Positions 9,800 to 19,510 of a stretch of 64,000 bases of DNA are shown one piece after another; position 1 is the first letter of the stretch, and each line of letters starts with the position of its first letter. This DNA comes from Kiritimatiellia bacterium. GTDB taxonomy: Bacteria; Verrucomicrobiota; Kiritimatiellia; RFP12; UBA1067. The position numbers and the translations under genes are program-made. The notes beneath the pieces were generated by a model that was given only the letters and a program-made list of their open reading frames with translations, had not been told where the DNA came from and made no database searches. The stretch is taken from NCBI GenBank assembly GCA_050949565.1, contig JBMNFY010000007.1, positions 1-64,000 of the forward strand. The letters are read 5' to 3'.

Positions 9800-10597
9800 A
9801 TGAAACGGATGCTACTGTTGCTGTTTTTGGGTGCCGCCGCCGCGCACGCGCAATTTACGGCGGATGAGATGATCCAACCGTGCGCCTACACGAACGCGGC
9901 CGGTGAGATCGTGCGTTACCGGCTGGCCGCACCACAGTTTCCGGACGCGGGACGCAAGTATCCGCTCATTCTTTTTCTCCACGGTTCCGGCGAGTGCGGC
10001 ACCGACAATCAAAAGCAGGTCAAGGTGGGGTTGCCCGCGCTGGTGGGAACGCTCTTGCGGCGTAAGGTCGCGGAGCCCGTGCTGCTGGTTGCGCCGCAAT
10101 GTACGATGACCAACGGCTGGGTACGCCGTCTGGCCATGCATGAGTCGTTCACGGCCGATCCCGGCCACACGCCAGCGTTGGCGCAGGCGTTGGAACTGGT
10201 ACGGCATCTTGTGGCCGAGCGTCAGGCTGATCCCGACCGTCTCTACATCACCGGCCTTTCATACGGTGGGTTCGGCACATGGGATGCGATTCAGCGCGAG
10301 CCGGAGTTGTTCGCGGCGGCGATTCCGATATGCGGCGGCGGGGATGTGCGGCGCGTGGGCGCGTTGCGTCGCCTGCCGATCTGGGTGTTTCATGGCAGCG
10401 CCGATAAGAATGTGCCGGTGGCATGCTCGCGCCGGATGGTGGAGGCGCTCAAACGATCCGGCAACCGCAAGGTACGTTATACGGAATACGAAGAGGCGGG
10501 CCACGCTGTGTGGGACCGTGTTTACGGTGATGACGAGGTGCTGGCGTGGCTGCTGCAACAGACGCGCGCGCGCAAGCCGTGGTGGAAATTCTGGTGA
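9800..10597 (+). CDS. Alpha/beta hydrolase (phospholipase/carboxylesterase/peptidase S9-like)
   Basis: LFLHGSGE, GLSYGG, VFHGSAD and GH motifs; signal peptide. Confidence 0.85.
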   Translation: MKRMLLLLFLGAAAAHAQFTADEMIQPCAYTNAAGEIVRYRLAAPQFPDAGRKYPLILFLHGSGECGTDNQKQVKVGLPALVGTLLRRKVAEPVLLVAPQCTMTNGWVRRLAMHESFTADPGHTPALAQALELVRHLVAERQADPDRLYITGLSYGGFGTWDAIQREPELFAAAIPICGGGDVRRVGALRRLPIWVFHGSADKNVPVACSRRMVEALKRSGNRKVRYTEYEEAGHAVWDRVYGDDEVLAWLLQQTRARKPWWKFW

Positions 10598-10611
10598 GTG
10601 AGGGGAGAATC

Positions 10612-12654
10612 ATGCGAATCATAAAATGGCGGACAGCATGGGTGCTGGCGGTGGCGGCGTGGGCAGTTTTAGCGCACGCTTCGGTCTTCGAGATGCCGCA
10701 GAAATTTCCGCGCCATGTGCAGCTTCAACAGCAGTTGATCCAAAGCGTCCGTGCGGGACGGATCGAAGAGATGGAGCGCGTCTGCCGCGAAGGTGTCGCG
10801 TTGTTGCCGCAGGACCCGACCTGGCAGTATAATCTGGCGTGCGCGCTCGCCTATCGAGCAGACAAAGCAGAGGCTTTCGCTGCGTTGGAACGCGCCATCG
10901 AACTGGGGTTCCGCGATCCGGCGGCGATCCGCAACGATGATGACCTCAAACAGCTTGCCGCGTTGCCGCAGTTCGCGACACTGCTCACCAAAGCTGAGTC
11001 GTTACAGGGGAAGCCGGTGGATGGCGTGCCGCAGGTCAGTCCCAGTGTCGTGTTCATGGGGAACCCGGCTGAGATCCATGGGTCCAATACGGTGTGGGAT
11101 TTCGAGGCCGGCTGTTTCAAAACGCTCTTTACGCTACGTAATGTCGACCTCAAAAAGATCTCCGCCTATGCTGATTCTTACAACGGCCCGGCATCCGGCG
11201 TGATCCGGGGGTGGATGACGGAAGAACGCGCGTCAGGCAATTTCGGTGATCTCTATGTGAACCGTGACGATGGCCATTCGCAGTTGGACGTGACCAATTT
11301 CCCCGGCCTCACGCCGGTGGTATACGGCGAAGAGGCGCGTCCCCATAAGGTGCATTTGGGCCTGCCGAATACGCTTTTCGGTCAGCCAGTGATCGGCAAT
11401 TCATCCATGTCGATGACTACGGGACCGCTCTGGCGCAGCCTGCCGCGTACCATCGTTACCGATCCCTTCCAACCGTTCGTCGCCCTGCGGCTCTACCTCA
11501 ACAACCAGTGCTGGTTCTACCCCGAACACAGGGATCACGATCCCGAGAATGGCGACCTTTATCCGGCCAATACGCCGTATTATGTCATCAGCCAGGGCTC
11601 TTCGTTTTCCGACAAACCTTTCATGGAGGCATTCGCGGCCGCGATGGCGGCCTTCACGCCGGAAGTCAAACGCCTGTTGGTCACGCGTCAGGCTTTGGTC
11701 CCGACGCTCCAGATGATCTTGCGCGCCACGCAGCGCACGGTGAAGCAACCGGACGACTATCTGACCGGTGCGGCGCATCCGGTCGTTTTCGACGTCCGTG
11801 ATCTGAACGTCGAAGCAATGGTCCGGATGGCGAATGCGCTCACGCCGGAACAGATTCCGCCACTCGTGACGCTACGCACGCTCAAAGACGCGCAGACCGA
11901 GCCCGGCGTCGATTATTTTGATATGCGCCCGGAAGGTCTGTTCGATACGCCGTTCGCGATCGCCCGAGTGGTGCGCGGGGTCGGGCGCACACGCAGCATG
12001 ACGATCGGGGCTGCCGCCGCGCCGCAACCATCGCCCGGAACCGTCTATCACTGGGTCGTGCTGCAAGGCGATCCTGAGAAAGTCAAGATTCAGCCACTCA
12101 AGCCTGACGGTTCGCAGGTCACTGTCACGGTGGCGTATCACGGCGTCTACCGGCCGAAGGGAGCAGACGGCCTGCCCACAACATTGCAGACCAGCCGTGT
12201 TGATCTCGGGTGTTTTGTGAAGCACGGATCGTACTATTCAGCGCCGTCAATGGTATCATTCTACTACCTACCCAATGAGGAGCGCTTGTATCGTGATGAC
12301 GGGCAGATTCAGTCGGTGGACTACACCAACAGCGCACATCGTTACGCCGATCCGCTTCTCACCATGCAAAAAGGCTGGAAGGACCTGTACACACACAATG
12401 CACAGGGGCAACTGACCGGATGGTACCGCAGACGAACGGGGGCCGCTCCGGAACGCTTCACCCATCGCGGCCACCGGGTGTTGGCGACCGACACGCAGGA
12501 CCGCCCCACAAAAGCATGCGGTGTGGAGTATCTGCCGCGTCAGGCCGGTGCCGGATTGCCGCCGACGTTGACGTACGCGGACACGCAACAGCGGTTTACC
12601 TACACCTACGAAAACGATGCGGATCAGGTGGGGCGGGTGACGGAAGACGAATGA
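10612..12654 (+). CDS. Secreted TPR-containing hypothetical protein
   Basis: Signal peptide; WQYNLACALA..AFAALERAIELGF..DDDL is a TPR-end type motif. Confidence 0.7.
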   Translation: MRIIKWRTAWVLAVAAWAVLAHASVFEMPQKFPRHVQLQQQLIQSVRAGRIEEMERVCREGVALLPQDPTWQYNLACALAYRADKAEAFAALERAIELGFRDPAAIRNDDDLKQLAALPQFATLLTKAESLQGKPVDGVPQVSPSVVFMGNPAEIHGSNTVWDFEAGCFKTLFTLRNVDLKKISAYADSYNGPASGVIRGWMTEERASGNFGDLYVNRDDGHSQLDVTNFPGLTPVVYGEEARPHKVHLGLPNTLFGQPVIGNSSMSMTTGPLWRSLPRTIVTDPFQPFVALRLYLNNQCWFYPEHRDHDPENGDLYPANTPYYVISQGSSFSDKPFMEAFAAAMAAFTPEVKRLLVTRQALVPTLQMILRATQRTVKQPDDYLTGAAHPVVFDVRDLNVEAMVRMANALTPEQIPPLVTLRTLKDAQTEPGVDYFDMRPEGLFDTPFAIARVVRGVGRTRSMTIGAAAAPQPSPGTVYHWVVLQGDPEKVKIQPLKPDGSQVTVTVAYHGVYRPKGADGLPTTLQTSRVDLGCFVKHGSYYSAPSMVSFYYLPNEERLYRDDGQIQSVDYTNSAHRYADPLLTMQKGWKDLYTHNAQGQLTGWYRRRTGAAPERFTHRGHRVLATDTQDRPTKACGVEYLPRQAGAGLPPTLTYADTQQRFTYTYENDADQVGRVTEDE

Positions 12655-12663
12655 TCGTTTAGA

Positions 12664-12739
12664 TGGAGCCAGCAGACGGGATCGAACCGACGACCTCATG
12701 ATTACAAATCAAGTGCTCTACCAACTGAGCTATGCTGGC
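12664..12739 (-). tRNA. tRNA-Thr (anticodon TGT)
   Basis: Reverse complement GCCAGCATAGCTCAGTTGGTAGAGCACTTGATTTGTAATCATGAGGTCGTCGGTTCGATCCCGTCTGCTGGCTCCA folds as a cloverleaf with TTCGA T-loop and encoded CCA. Confidence 0.95.
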
Positions 12740-12823
12740 GTCATTATCGAATGTGCGACCTAATGGGTCTGATAAATAACGGGCAACATAGTACGCTGAT
12801 TCGGGCGTGTGTTTCAAGCTGAT

Positions 12824-14881
12824 TTATTTCATGCTGGGCAGGACGATGCCGCGCAGGATGATTTTCTGACAGGCGATGAAAACCACGGCGGTCGGGATCG
12901 AGACCAGTACGAAGCCCGCCATCACCGCCCACGGCTGGTCGGCGAGTTGCTGGCTCATCTGGTACATCCAGACCGCCAAGGTCCAATGGCTCTGCCGCTG
13001 GCAGACCAGCAGTGCCCACTCCCAACTGTTGTAAGCATGGACGAAGGCGTTCAGTGCGTTCACCGCCAGAATCGGCGTGGTCATCGGCAGCGTGATGCGC
13101 AGAAAAATTTGCCACTCCTTTGCGCCGTCGATCGCGGCGGCTTCGTACAGTTCACGCGGCAGGCCGTCGAAGAAACCTTTGAGGATGAAGATCGACATGC
13201 CGCTGGCCAGCGTGGGCAGCACCAGCGCGGCGAAGGTGTTGAGCAGTCCGAGGTCGCGAATCAGCAGAAAACCCGGGATGGCGGTGACGGCCGCCGGGAA
13301 GGCCATGGTGGCCAGCAGGAAGAGCAGGATCTTTTCGGTCGAGCGCAGGCCGAAGCGCGAGAGCGCATACGCCGCCAGCGGGTTGACGGTAAGCGTGGCG
13401 AGCACCGAGAGCAGCACCAGCAGGACGGTGTTGCCGAACGCCTGGCCGCGCAGAAAAAGATACTCGCCCACCGTGCGGTAGTTCGCGAATGCACCGACCA
13501 GGAAATCGCGCCAACCGCGCCGCGCAAAGGTGACGGCGAGCGCCTCGCGCGTCGGGAAGCGCGCTTCATCAAAAGCCGCAAGCTGCCAGCCGTAGGCCGC
13601 GTTCAACGCTTGCACCGTGCCGTAGCGCGTCCGTAGAAAGTTTTGCCAGGCTTGTTCGGCGCTCAGCACCTCAAGTTGCGCAAGCGGTACCTGCGGGATG
13701 AAGTTGCGCCAGAGCGTGCTGTTCTCATACGCCGGTAGGCGCAGCCCCACGAAACCTGATGTCGCGTCCGGCAGCGTCTGTCCGGTCAGTCGCGTGTAGG
13801 CCTCCGGCGTCCGGCAGACCCCGGCGACGTAGTGCCGGTAGGCCTCTTCCAGCTCGGGCGTGATCCGTACGCGCAGCAAACGGCGCGGGTAGGCGGTGCG
13901 TACAAAGCGATCCCACTCGGCGCGCAGCAGTGCCGGTGCGTCGTCCGGCAGGGGGAAGGGGAGGTGCTCGAAGCCAGGGCAGGCGCGTCCGGCGAGGCGT
14001 GCGTAGTCGTCCGACGTGAAGGTGCCGCCCGGCGGCAGGCCGAGGCGCGCCTGCACATCCGCGCGCTTGAGCCACGCCAGCCAAAGCGGACGCGATTCGT
14101 AGGGCGTCGTGCGCGAGAAGTAGGCGGGCGGTTCCGCGTCGGCGCTGATCTCATCCGTGCCGTAGGCGCGTACACGGTAGAGGCGTTTCAACTCTTGATA
14201 GAGTTCCATCTTGGGGTCGTCGGCTGGATAGTCCCAGCCCGCATGGTGCAGCGGCGCGCGTTGCTGCGCGATCATGCGGATGCCGAAAAAGGACGAGTAG
14301 CGCACCGGCCATTCGGCATTGAGGCGCTCCAGCGCGGCACGACGACGCGCCGCAGGCGAGAGCGCCGCAAAGCGCTGCGGATCTTCGGCACGTAACTTCG
14401 CTTCAAAATGCCCGCGCACAAAGCCGGCCACGTCGCGCGGATCGAACGTACAGACGCTGTTGCGCAGATCATAATCGCGGTTGAAGAGCGCATAATCGCG
14501 CACCATGCGCGTCCAGCATTCGGCGGATACCGGATCGTCCAGACCGGCAAGATGGCGCTCGGCGAAACGGCGGCCGCCTTCACGGTCGCGCGAGACCACG
14601 ATCCAACTTCCCCAGTGGGCGGGCGCATCGGGAAAAACTTGGGCGGGGAAACGCGGGTAACATCCCGCGACATAGCGCATGAAACGGTCGGGGCGATCCC
14701 AGAACGCGCGCACGACCGGCGAGAAGCGGTAGTAGTCATACGGGCCGGTCAGCGAGGCGGCCAGCATCACCAGAAAAGGCCAGACCATGGTGAGCCCGCC
14801 CAGCGACAAAATGGCATAGACCAGAGCCAGGAAGATCCGGGCCTTGGCTGTCTTGCGCTCGACTGTCAAAATCACCGCCAT
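12824..14881 (-). CDS. Carbohydrate ABC transporter permease (MalG-type) with large extracytoplasmic insertion
   Basis: N-terminal TM helix (MVWPFLVML); C-terminal MalG core NTV..AAYALSR..LPRELYEAAAIDGA (EAA loop)..QKIILRG. Confidence 0.85.
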   Translation of the reverse strand: MAVILTVERKTAKARIFLALVYAILSLGGLTMVWPFLVMLAASLTGPYDYYRFSPVVRAFWDRPDRFMRYVAGCYPRFPAQVFPDAPAHWGSWIVVSRDREGGRRFAERHLAGLDDPVSAECWTRMVRDYALFNRDYDLRNSVCTFDPRDVAGFVRGHFEAKLRAEDPQRFAALSPAARRRAALERLNAEWPVRYSSFFGIRMIAQQRAPLHHAGWDYPADDPKMELYQELKRLYRVRAYGTDEISADAEPPAYFSRTTPYESRPLWLAWLKRADVQARLGLPPGGTFTSDDYARLAGRACPGFEHLPFPLPDDAPALLRAEWDRFVRTAYPRRLLRVRITPELEEAYRHYVAGVCRTPEAYTRLTGQTLPDATSGFVGLRLPAYENSTLWRNFIPQVPLAQLEVLSAEQAWQNFLRTRYGTVQALNAAYGWQLAAFDEARFPTREALAVTFARRGWRDFLVGAFANYRTVGEYLFLRGQAFGNTVLLVLLSVLATLTVNPLAAYALSRFGLRSTEKILLFLLATMAFPAAVTAIPGFLLIRDLGLLNTFAALVLPTLASGMSIFILKGFFDGLPRELYEAAAIDGAKEWQIFLRITLPMTTPILAVNALNAFVHAYNSWEWALLVCQRQSHWTLAVWMYQMSQQLADQPWAVMAGFVLVSIPTAVVFIACQKIILRGIVLPSMK

Positions 14882-14986
14882 GTTCGGTGCGCATACCGTA
14901 GCACACTCCACAGAGGCGTGCCAATTTCAAAACTCTTAAACGCAGAGACGCCGAGGTTTTTGGGGATGGCGGCGTGACCGCCGCCG

Positions 14987-15320
14987 GGGGAGGGACGAGC
15001 GTCTGCTCGTCCGCAGGCAAGCAGACGCTTGCCCCTCCCGGTGCTCCGCAATGAAACCTGAAATCATCCTTCCGCGCATCGGAAGGCTGCGTGGGGACAC
15101 TCGCTCTCCAAATCATGTCAATCAGGTCAGTCATGTCGTTTATGCGCCCGCGCAGCGGGAAATCAGGTCAAAAAATGAAACCACGGAACACGGGCAAGAT
15201 GCCCGTGCCACACCCTTTTGCAAGACACGTTGTTGCGGGCGAGGACGCCCGCGACCGACTTACTGCTCTTTTTTTCACCAGAAACGCATGATCCTCGCGC
15301 ACCCCTGCCACTAACCGACT
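14987..15320 (+). repeat. ~330-bp modular mosaic repeat element, copy A
   Basis: Same module order as 43473-43838 (+) and 48756-48991 (-): REP doublet, GTGGGGACACTCGC, CCCGCGCAGCGGG, CACGGGCAAGATGCCCGTG, GCGGGCGAGGACGCCCGC, TTTCACCAGAAACG..AACCGA. Confidence 0.85.
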
Positions 15321-15377
15321 ATGTTATGCATGTCGTTACGCATGGACTACTAGAAACGAATCGGGTACAATGTTCCG

Positions 15378-15743
15378 ATGAATATGCCCCATAATATTCC
15401 GAAGTTCAATCTGGTTGAAATTGATCCTTTTGACGCAAGGCGCGGGTATAAGCGATGTACTCTTCCTGGCGTAGGCTACACTCCACCCGATGACCCTCTG
15501 TCTCCTTATCGGTCTATACCATGTGCCGCTGACTTCTGGAGGGATAAATCGGGCGAACTCGTTGTCCGTTTTTCCAGTAATCAGCCTTACGTTTTTCACT
15601 TTAAGGGAGTGCTTTCCAATGGTAAGCCAATCCCAGAGGAAGCCATTTATGAATTCGGTGAGTATATTGCGGCAATACTTTCCGACTGGGGCGGTGCAGA
15701 TGATCCTCCAAACCCCGAGTTTGGCTTCGAAACTCAATCTTGA
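15378..15743 (+). CDS. Hypothetical protein (low GC, cassette-like)
   Basis: 121-aa ORF, visibly AT-richer than neighbours; preceded by TGGACT-17-TACAAT. Confidence 0.55.
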   Translation: MNMPHNIPKFNLVEIDPFDARRGYKRCTLPGVGYTPPDDPLSPYRSIPCAADFWRDKSGELVVRFSSNQPYVFHFKGVLSNGKPIPEEAIYEFGEYIAAILSDWGGADDPPNPEFGFETQS

Positions 15744-15924
15744 AATCACGCGAACCACAGGCATCCATCAACACTGAGTAGGCGACATGGCATGACAAAA
15801 ACACAAAAACGCGTTCTTCGTTGGACGCTCAGCATAGTTTCGACAGTTATTTTTGCCACCAGCATTGGTTTCCTGATGTACTGTCGTAAATTAGACTAAT
15901 GCTTAACATACAATTGGAAAAAAG

Positions 15925-16494
15925 ATGAAACGATACTTCAAGACTCTGATGCTTGCACTCGCCCTCATGCCGCTTGTTGGTCGAACCGACCAACTTGCAT
16001 GGATACCACGCGCAGACGTGGAAAAAGTGGTGAAGTCAATCCAGGAGCAAATCCGTCAGCGGCAAGGCGAGCCGTACTACATGGTTTCCTACTGTTCTTT
16101 GTGTGATCAGATACCTGTCGAGGTCTGGGAGGTGAAAGACGTTGTCACCGTGGCCATCCCGGACACTGACTACTTTCAGATGCACGTCTTCGGTCGTCGC
16201 GTTCTGCGGTCGGCCGAAACCATCCGCGAGGGGAAGTACCAAGAGCCTGTGCTGTACGAAGCGGTTGCCCCCGACAACGACAACGGGTTCCTGCGGGGCG
16301 TTGATCTTGCCTACGTCTACATGCCTTCAGAAGATGGTGCTTTTCGCTGTGTTGGCAAGGTATTCCAATTGGAGTGCGATGTCAGCGTCGAACGGATCAA
16401 CATCCCGCAGGATGCGTTCAGCAAGGCGGAAGAGAAACCGAAAACGCCAACCAAGCGTCGCAAGCCACCGGCGCACCGAGCGGATCTCATTTAG
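15925..16494 (+). CDS. Secreted hypothetical protein (cassette-like)
   Basis: Signal peptide and CxxC; the C-terminus reads into an attC-like site. Confidence 0.65.
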   Translation: MKRYFKTLMLALALMPLVGRTDQLAWIPRADVEKVVKSIQEQIRQRQGEPYYMVSYCSLCDQIPVEVWEVKDVVTVAIPDTDYFQMHVFGRRVLRSAETIREGKYQEPVLYEAVAPDNDNGFLRGVDLAYVYMPSEDGAFRCVGKVFQLECDVSVERINIPQDAFSKAEEKPKTPTKRRKPPAHRADLI

Positions 16495-16508
16495 CGCTGA
16501 CGTTTCGT
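16445..16508 (+). mobile_element. Degenerate integron attC-like site
   Basis: CGCCAAC-CAAGCG...AGCGCTGAC-GTTTCGT: AAC/GTT core ends with a partly complementary interior, at the 3' end of a cassette-like ORF. Confidence 0.5.
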
Positions 16509-16640
16509 AACGTGAGGAGGTATACAATGATTAGATCGGCTATTCTTGTGGTGATGGTCGTGACCTGTGGCTGTTTTTGCCTCCCGCGTCCCCCACAATA
16601 TGCGTAACGCAGAGTGATAGGCTGTGTGAGAGGAAAGTAG

Positions 16641-18056
16641 ATGAGTATGCGGCCCGTAGTAGCATGGACGATCATTGTGGCGGTAATCCTGCTCCTCGCG
16701 CTCTTCGTCGTTTCGATGTTCGTGCCGTGGACTCCGATCAACTGTCGGCACGAAGACGTTGACATCACGACCGGCAGACTCCGACACAGCCGCTATTTCT
16801 TGTTCTGCAAGGTGTCTGAGAGAATCGAAGATTCTCCGGTTACGAAGATGCTTCCGCCGGATATACTCAGGCGTCGCACCCCCGAATGGCGCAGGGTCAA
16901 CACCTTCTCGCCCGGAGTCCACCACTCCCCGCGCTACACATTCCACGGTGCCATTCACCAGATCCATACTCTTGTAACCGTATGGGACATGGCCAACGAA
17001 TACGGGTTCTCGGACGAGTTGAAGCAGAAGACAGCCCTGGATGTTCTTGCTATCTGGCAACAGAGCGGAAGCTGCTTCCTGGCTGGTGACTACATCCGTT
17101 GTCTCCGTGACCTAGCGGACGAGGCGACACGGCAACGCATCCTCACAGCCCTGCCGAAGTTGAAGATGCCACTGGTGGAGACCAACGGCACGGACGTTGT
17201 CTGTACGATGTTCTTCCCCAATGGGCAACCGATGGACCGAATACATGGCTACGTGGATAAACACGGGAAGTTCATCCGACATGGTGTTTGGGAACGCTGG
17301 GCAAAAGACGGAACCAGGGTGCTCCACGGTCATTTTGAGAATGGCGAACGTCACGGACGGAGGTTCGAGTGGGACTACGATGGCAAGTTGTCCTCCATCA
17401 ACGTTTACAACCACGGGGAATTGATCGAGTACGCGTCTAAAAATCTTGAGGATCACCCCGACTTCAAGGCCGCACAACAACTGAGTGAACGTGACGGCGT
17501 GTCCGCAGCTCGTGACCCAAATACGGTGTCCGACGCGCAAGCTCTTGAAATCGCTGAAGCCACGTTCCGATACCAGTTTCTGCACAACGCTTCTGGTCGG
17601 CAACAGGAAGCAGCGGCTTATTTCCTAAGCCTCTTCGGGCAAGACCCGGACGACGCATTCCTGAAACGGTTCGAAGGGCACAAGCCCCCCATTCAGAAAG
17701 GTTCCGCTTTTGTCGTCGGAAAAGGGCTCAAGTTTCGCGTGGAAAGAATCAAGCGCGTTTCGGACACCAAAGTGGAAGTCTCGGGAGGGTACTACGAGGC
17801 CGGACTCAGCTCATCGGGAAACACCTACATCGTGGAGTTGAAAGAAGGGAAATGGGTGGTCACAGGCGATACGATGCACTGGATATCATGGAACCGCGAA
17901 ACATGGTCTGCCGGAGCCCTCGCTGACGTGCCGTCTCAGAGGCTGGACGTCGGATACTGTCTACGATCTGGAGGGTCTAGTCGGCCCGAAATACTCCACC
18001 CCAAGCTCTGTCCTCGAAACGTGAGGCTTGACGTTAGGGCAATTGAATTCCAATAG
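16641..18056 (+). pseudogene. Probable fusion of two cassette genes (MORN/YwqK-like membrane protein plus small secreted protein) with read-through tail
   Basis: N-terminal TM plus RHGVWERW..ENGERHG repeats; second unit AEATFRYQF..SGNTYIVELKEGKWVVTGDTMHWIS; tail runs through CTTGACGTTAGGG. Confidence 0.5.
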
Positions 18057-18517
18057 TGGCAACATGAGTGCGGCTGTTGAAAACGTTGTGACCGAGGTGC
18101 TAAAACTGTCGCATAGAGGAGAGTGAGATGCAGCTATTGGGAGGAGTTTGTTGAGCGGATACGAGACGCCCCTTGGTGGAACTCCGATGAGCCAAAGGAA
18201 AAATCTGAAAAAGGGGTGTGGCTTGGAAGAGCGGCAATGCTTGATGCAATATTCTACGAGGGAAGAGAAATCAAACCCGATGAACCACGAAAAAGCCAGT
18301 TGACATCCGGTATTATTTGAGACAACAAGGAGGTATTTAGACGATGACGGGCTCGCGCAGTGTCGGGAGGGACGCGCGTCGTTCGTCCGGGCGGCGTTTC
18401 ACGCCGCCACACGGGCAAGATGCCCGTGCCACCTAAGAGAAGCGTAACCGACCAGTGCGGCTCGCGGGGACGCTCGCTCCCAAAAAACCTTGGGAAAGCA
18501 ACTGAAAAAATCTGACA

Positions 18518-18553
18518 TTAACGCTTGACGGTAATAGCGCGATGCGTTATGTT
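18518..18553 (+). promoter_or_regulatory. higBA promoter with two operator-like palindromes
   Basis: TTGACG(18525)-17 bp-TATGTT(18548); imperfect palindromes ATTAACG-N5-CGGTAAT and ATAGCGC-N3-GCGTTAT overlap it. Confidence 0.7.
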
Positions 18554-18559
18554 CCGGTC

Positions 18560-18841
18560 ATGATCAAATCATTCAAAAGCCCTGAGGCCGAAAAAATATT
18601 TCGGCGCGAATATGTGCGGCGGTTCCCCCTTAACATTCAACGGACGGCACTACGGAAACTGTGGATGATTGATGCAGCACCGGATTTAATTTCGCTGCGG
18701 GTACCGCCCGGAAACCGGCTGGAAGCCCTTGCGGGCAACCGAGCGGGACAACACAGCATCAGGATCAATGACCAGTGGCGTATTTGTTTTCGATGGAGAG
18801 AAGGCAATGCGTACGACGTAGAGATTGTGGATTATCACTAG
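18560..18841 (+). CDS. higB: HigB toxin (RelE/ParE superfamily, plasmid maintenance killer type)
   Basis: MIKSFK..LRVPPGNRLEAL..GQHSIRINDQWRICFRW..VEIVDYH is the classic signature. Confidence 0.95.
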   Translation: MIKSFKSPEAEKIFRREYVRRFPLNIQRTALRKLWMIDAAPDLISLRVPPGNRLEALAGNRAGQHSIRINDQWRICFRWREGNAYDVEIVDYH

Positions 18842-18849
18842 GAGAAAAA

Positions 18850-19152
18850 ATGAAAACTAACAAAATGCACCCCGTCCACCCCGGCGAGATTCTCATGGAG
18901 GAGTTTCTGGCTCCCATGGGTATTTCCCAGTACCGCCTATCGCGCGACATCAGTGTTCCGCCTCGTCGAATCAATGAGATCGTGCATGGAACCCGCAGCG
19001 TGACGGCGGATACCGCCCTGCGGCTTGGCAAATATTTTGGTGTCTCGCCGCAGTTCTGGATGAACCTGCAGGCACGTTTCGACCTAGAACGGGAGCAGGA
19101 CAGGCTCGGCGACCGGCTCGAGCAAGAAGTGCAAACCTATGCTATGGCCTAG
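18850..19152 (+). CDS. higA: HigA antitoxin (HTH-XRE)
   Basis: HPGEILMEEFL..RINEIVHG..TADTALRL..FWMNLQ. Confidence 0.95.
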   Translation: MKTNKMHPVHPGEILMEEFLAPMGISQYRLSRDISVPPRRINEIVHGTRSVTADTALRLGKYFGVSPQFWMNLQARFDLEREQDRLGDRLEQEVQTYAMA

Positions 19153-19160
19153 ATTTGAAA

Positions 19161-19505
19161 CTCAGAAGGGGCACTTCAAGCCCGCGCCGCCGGACATTTT
19201 TGAAGTGGCCCTTCAGGCCACAATACCATTCTCTCCCGCCACTCAGGGCGGCGTTGCGCTTGCCCTGGGCTAAGGTGAAGCCGCCCCTTCGGGGCTTGGG
19301 CGTTGCGTGCCCGGCGTCGCGCCCCAAAACGACATGCACACGGGTTGGAAAACCCTTGCCCCTATTTGGCGTCGCTCTGGAATTTTGCTAAGAGCCTTGT
19401 CACGCATCATTTCAAAAAGCGGCGTCGTGCGGAATACCGCTTGCCGCCGCACTCCAAATTTTTCGCTTTTACACTCGTCGTTGCGAGCCACTGTGTGGTC
19501 GCAAC
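19161..19505. repeat. Intergenic REP cluster
   Basis: GCCCTGGGCT/GCCCCTTCGGGGC hairpins; CACGGGTTGGAAAACCC; AAGCGGCGTCG..TTGCCGCCGCACTCCAAA (also at 43168-43207, - strand); TTGCGAGCCAC-N3-GTGGTCGCAA. Confidence 0.75.
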
Positions 19506-19510
19506 AACAC

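Noticed and set aside
12655-12700. tRNA-Thr 3' end as integration site of an island
   Set aside because: No duplicated tRNA 3' end or integrase was seen in the window.
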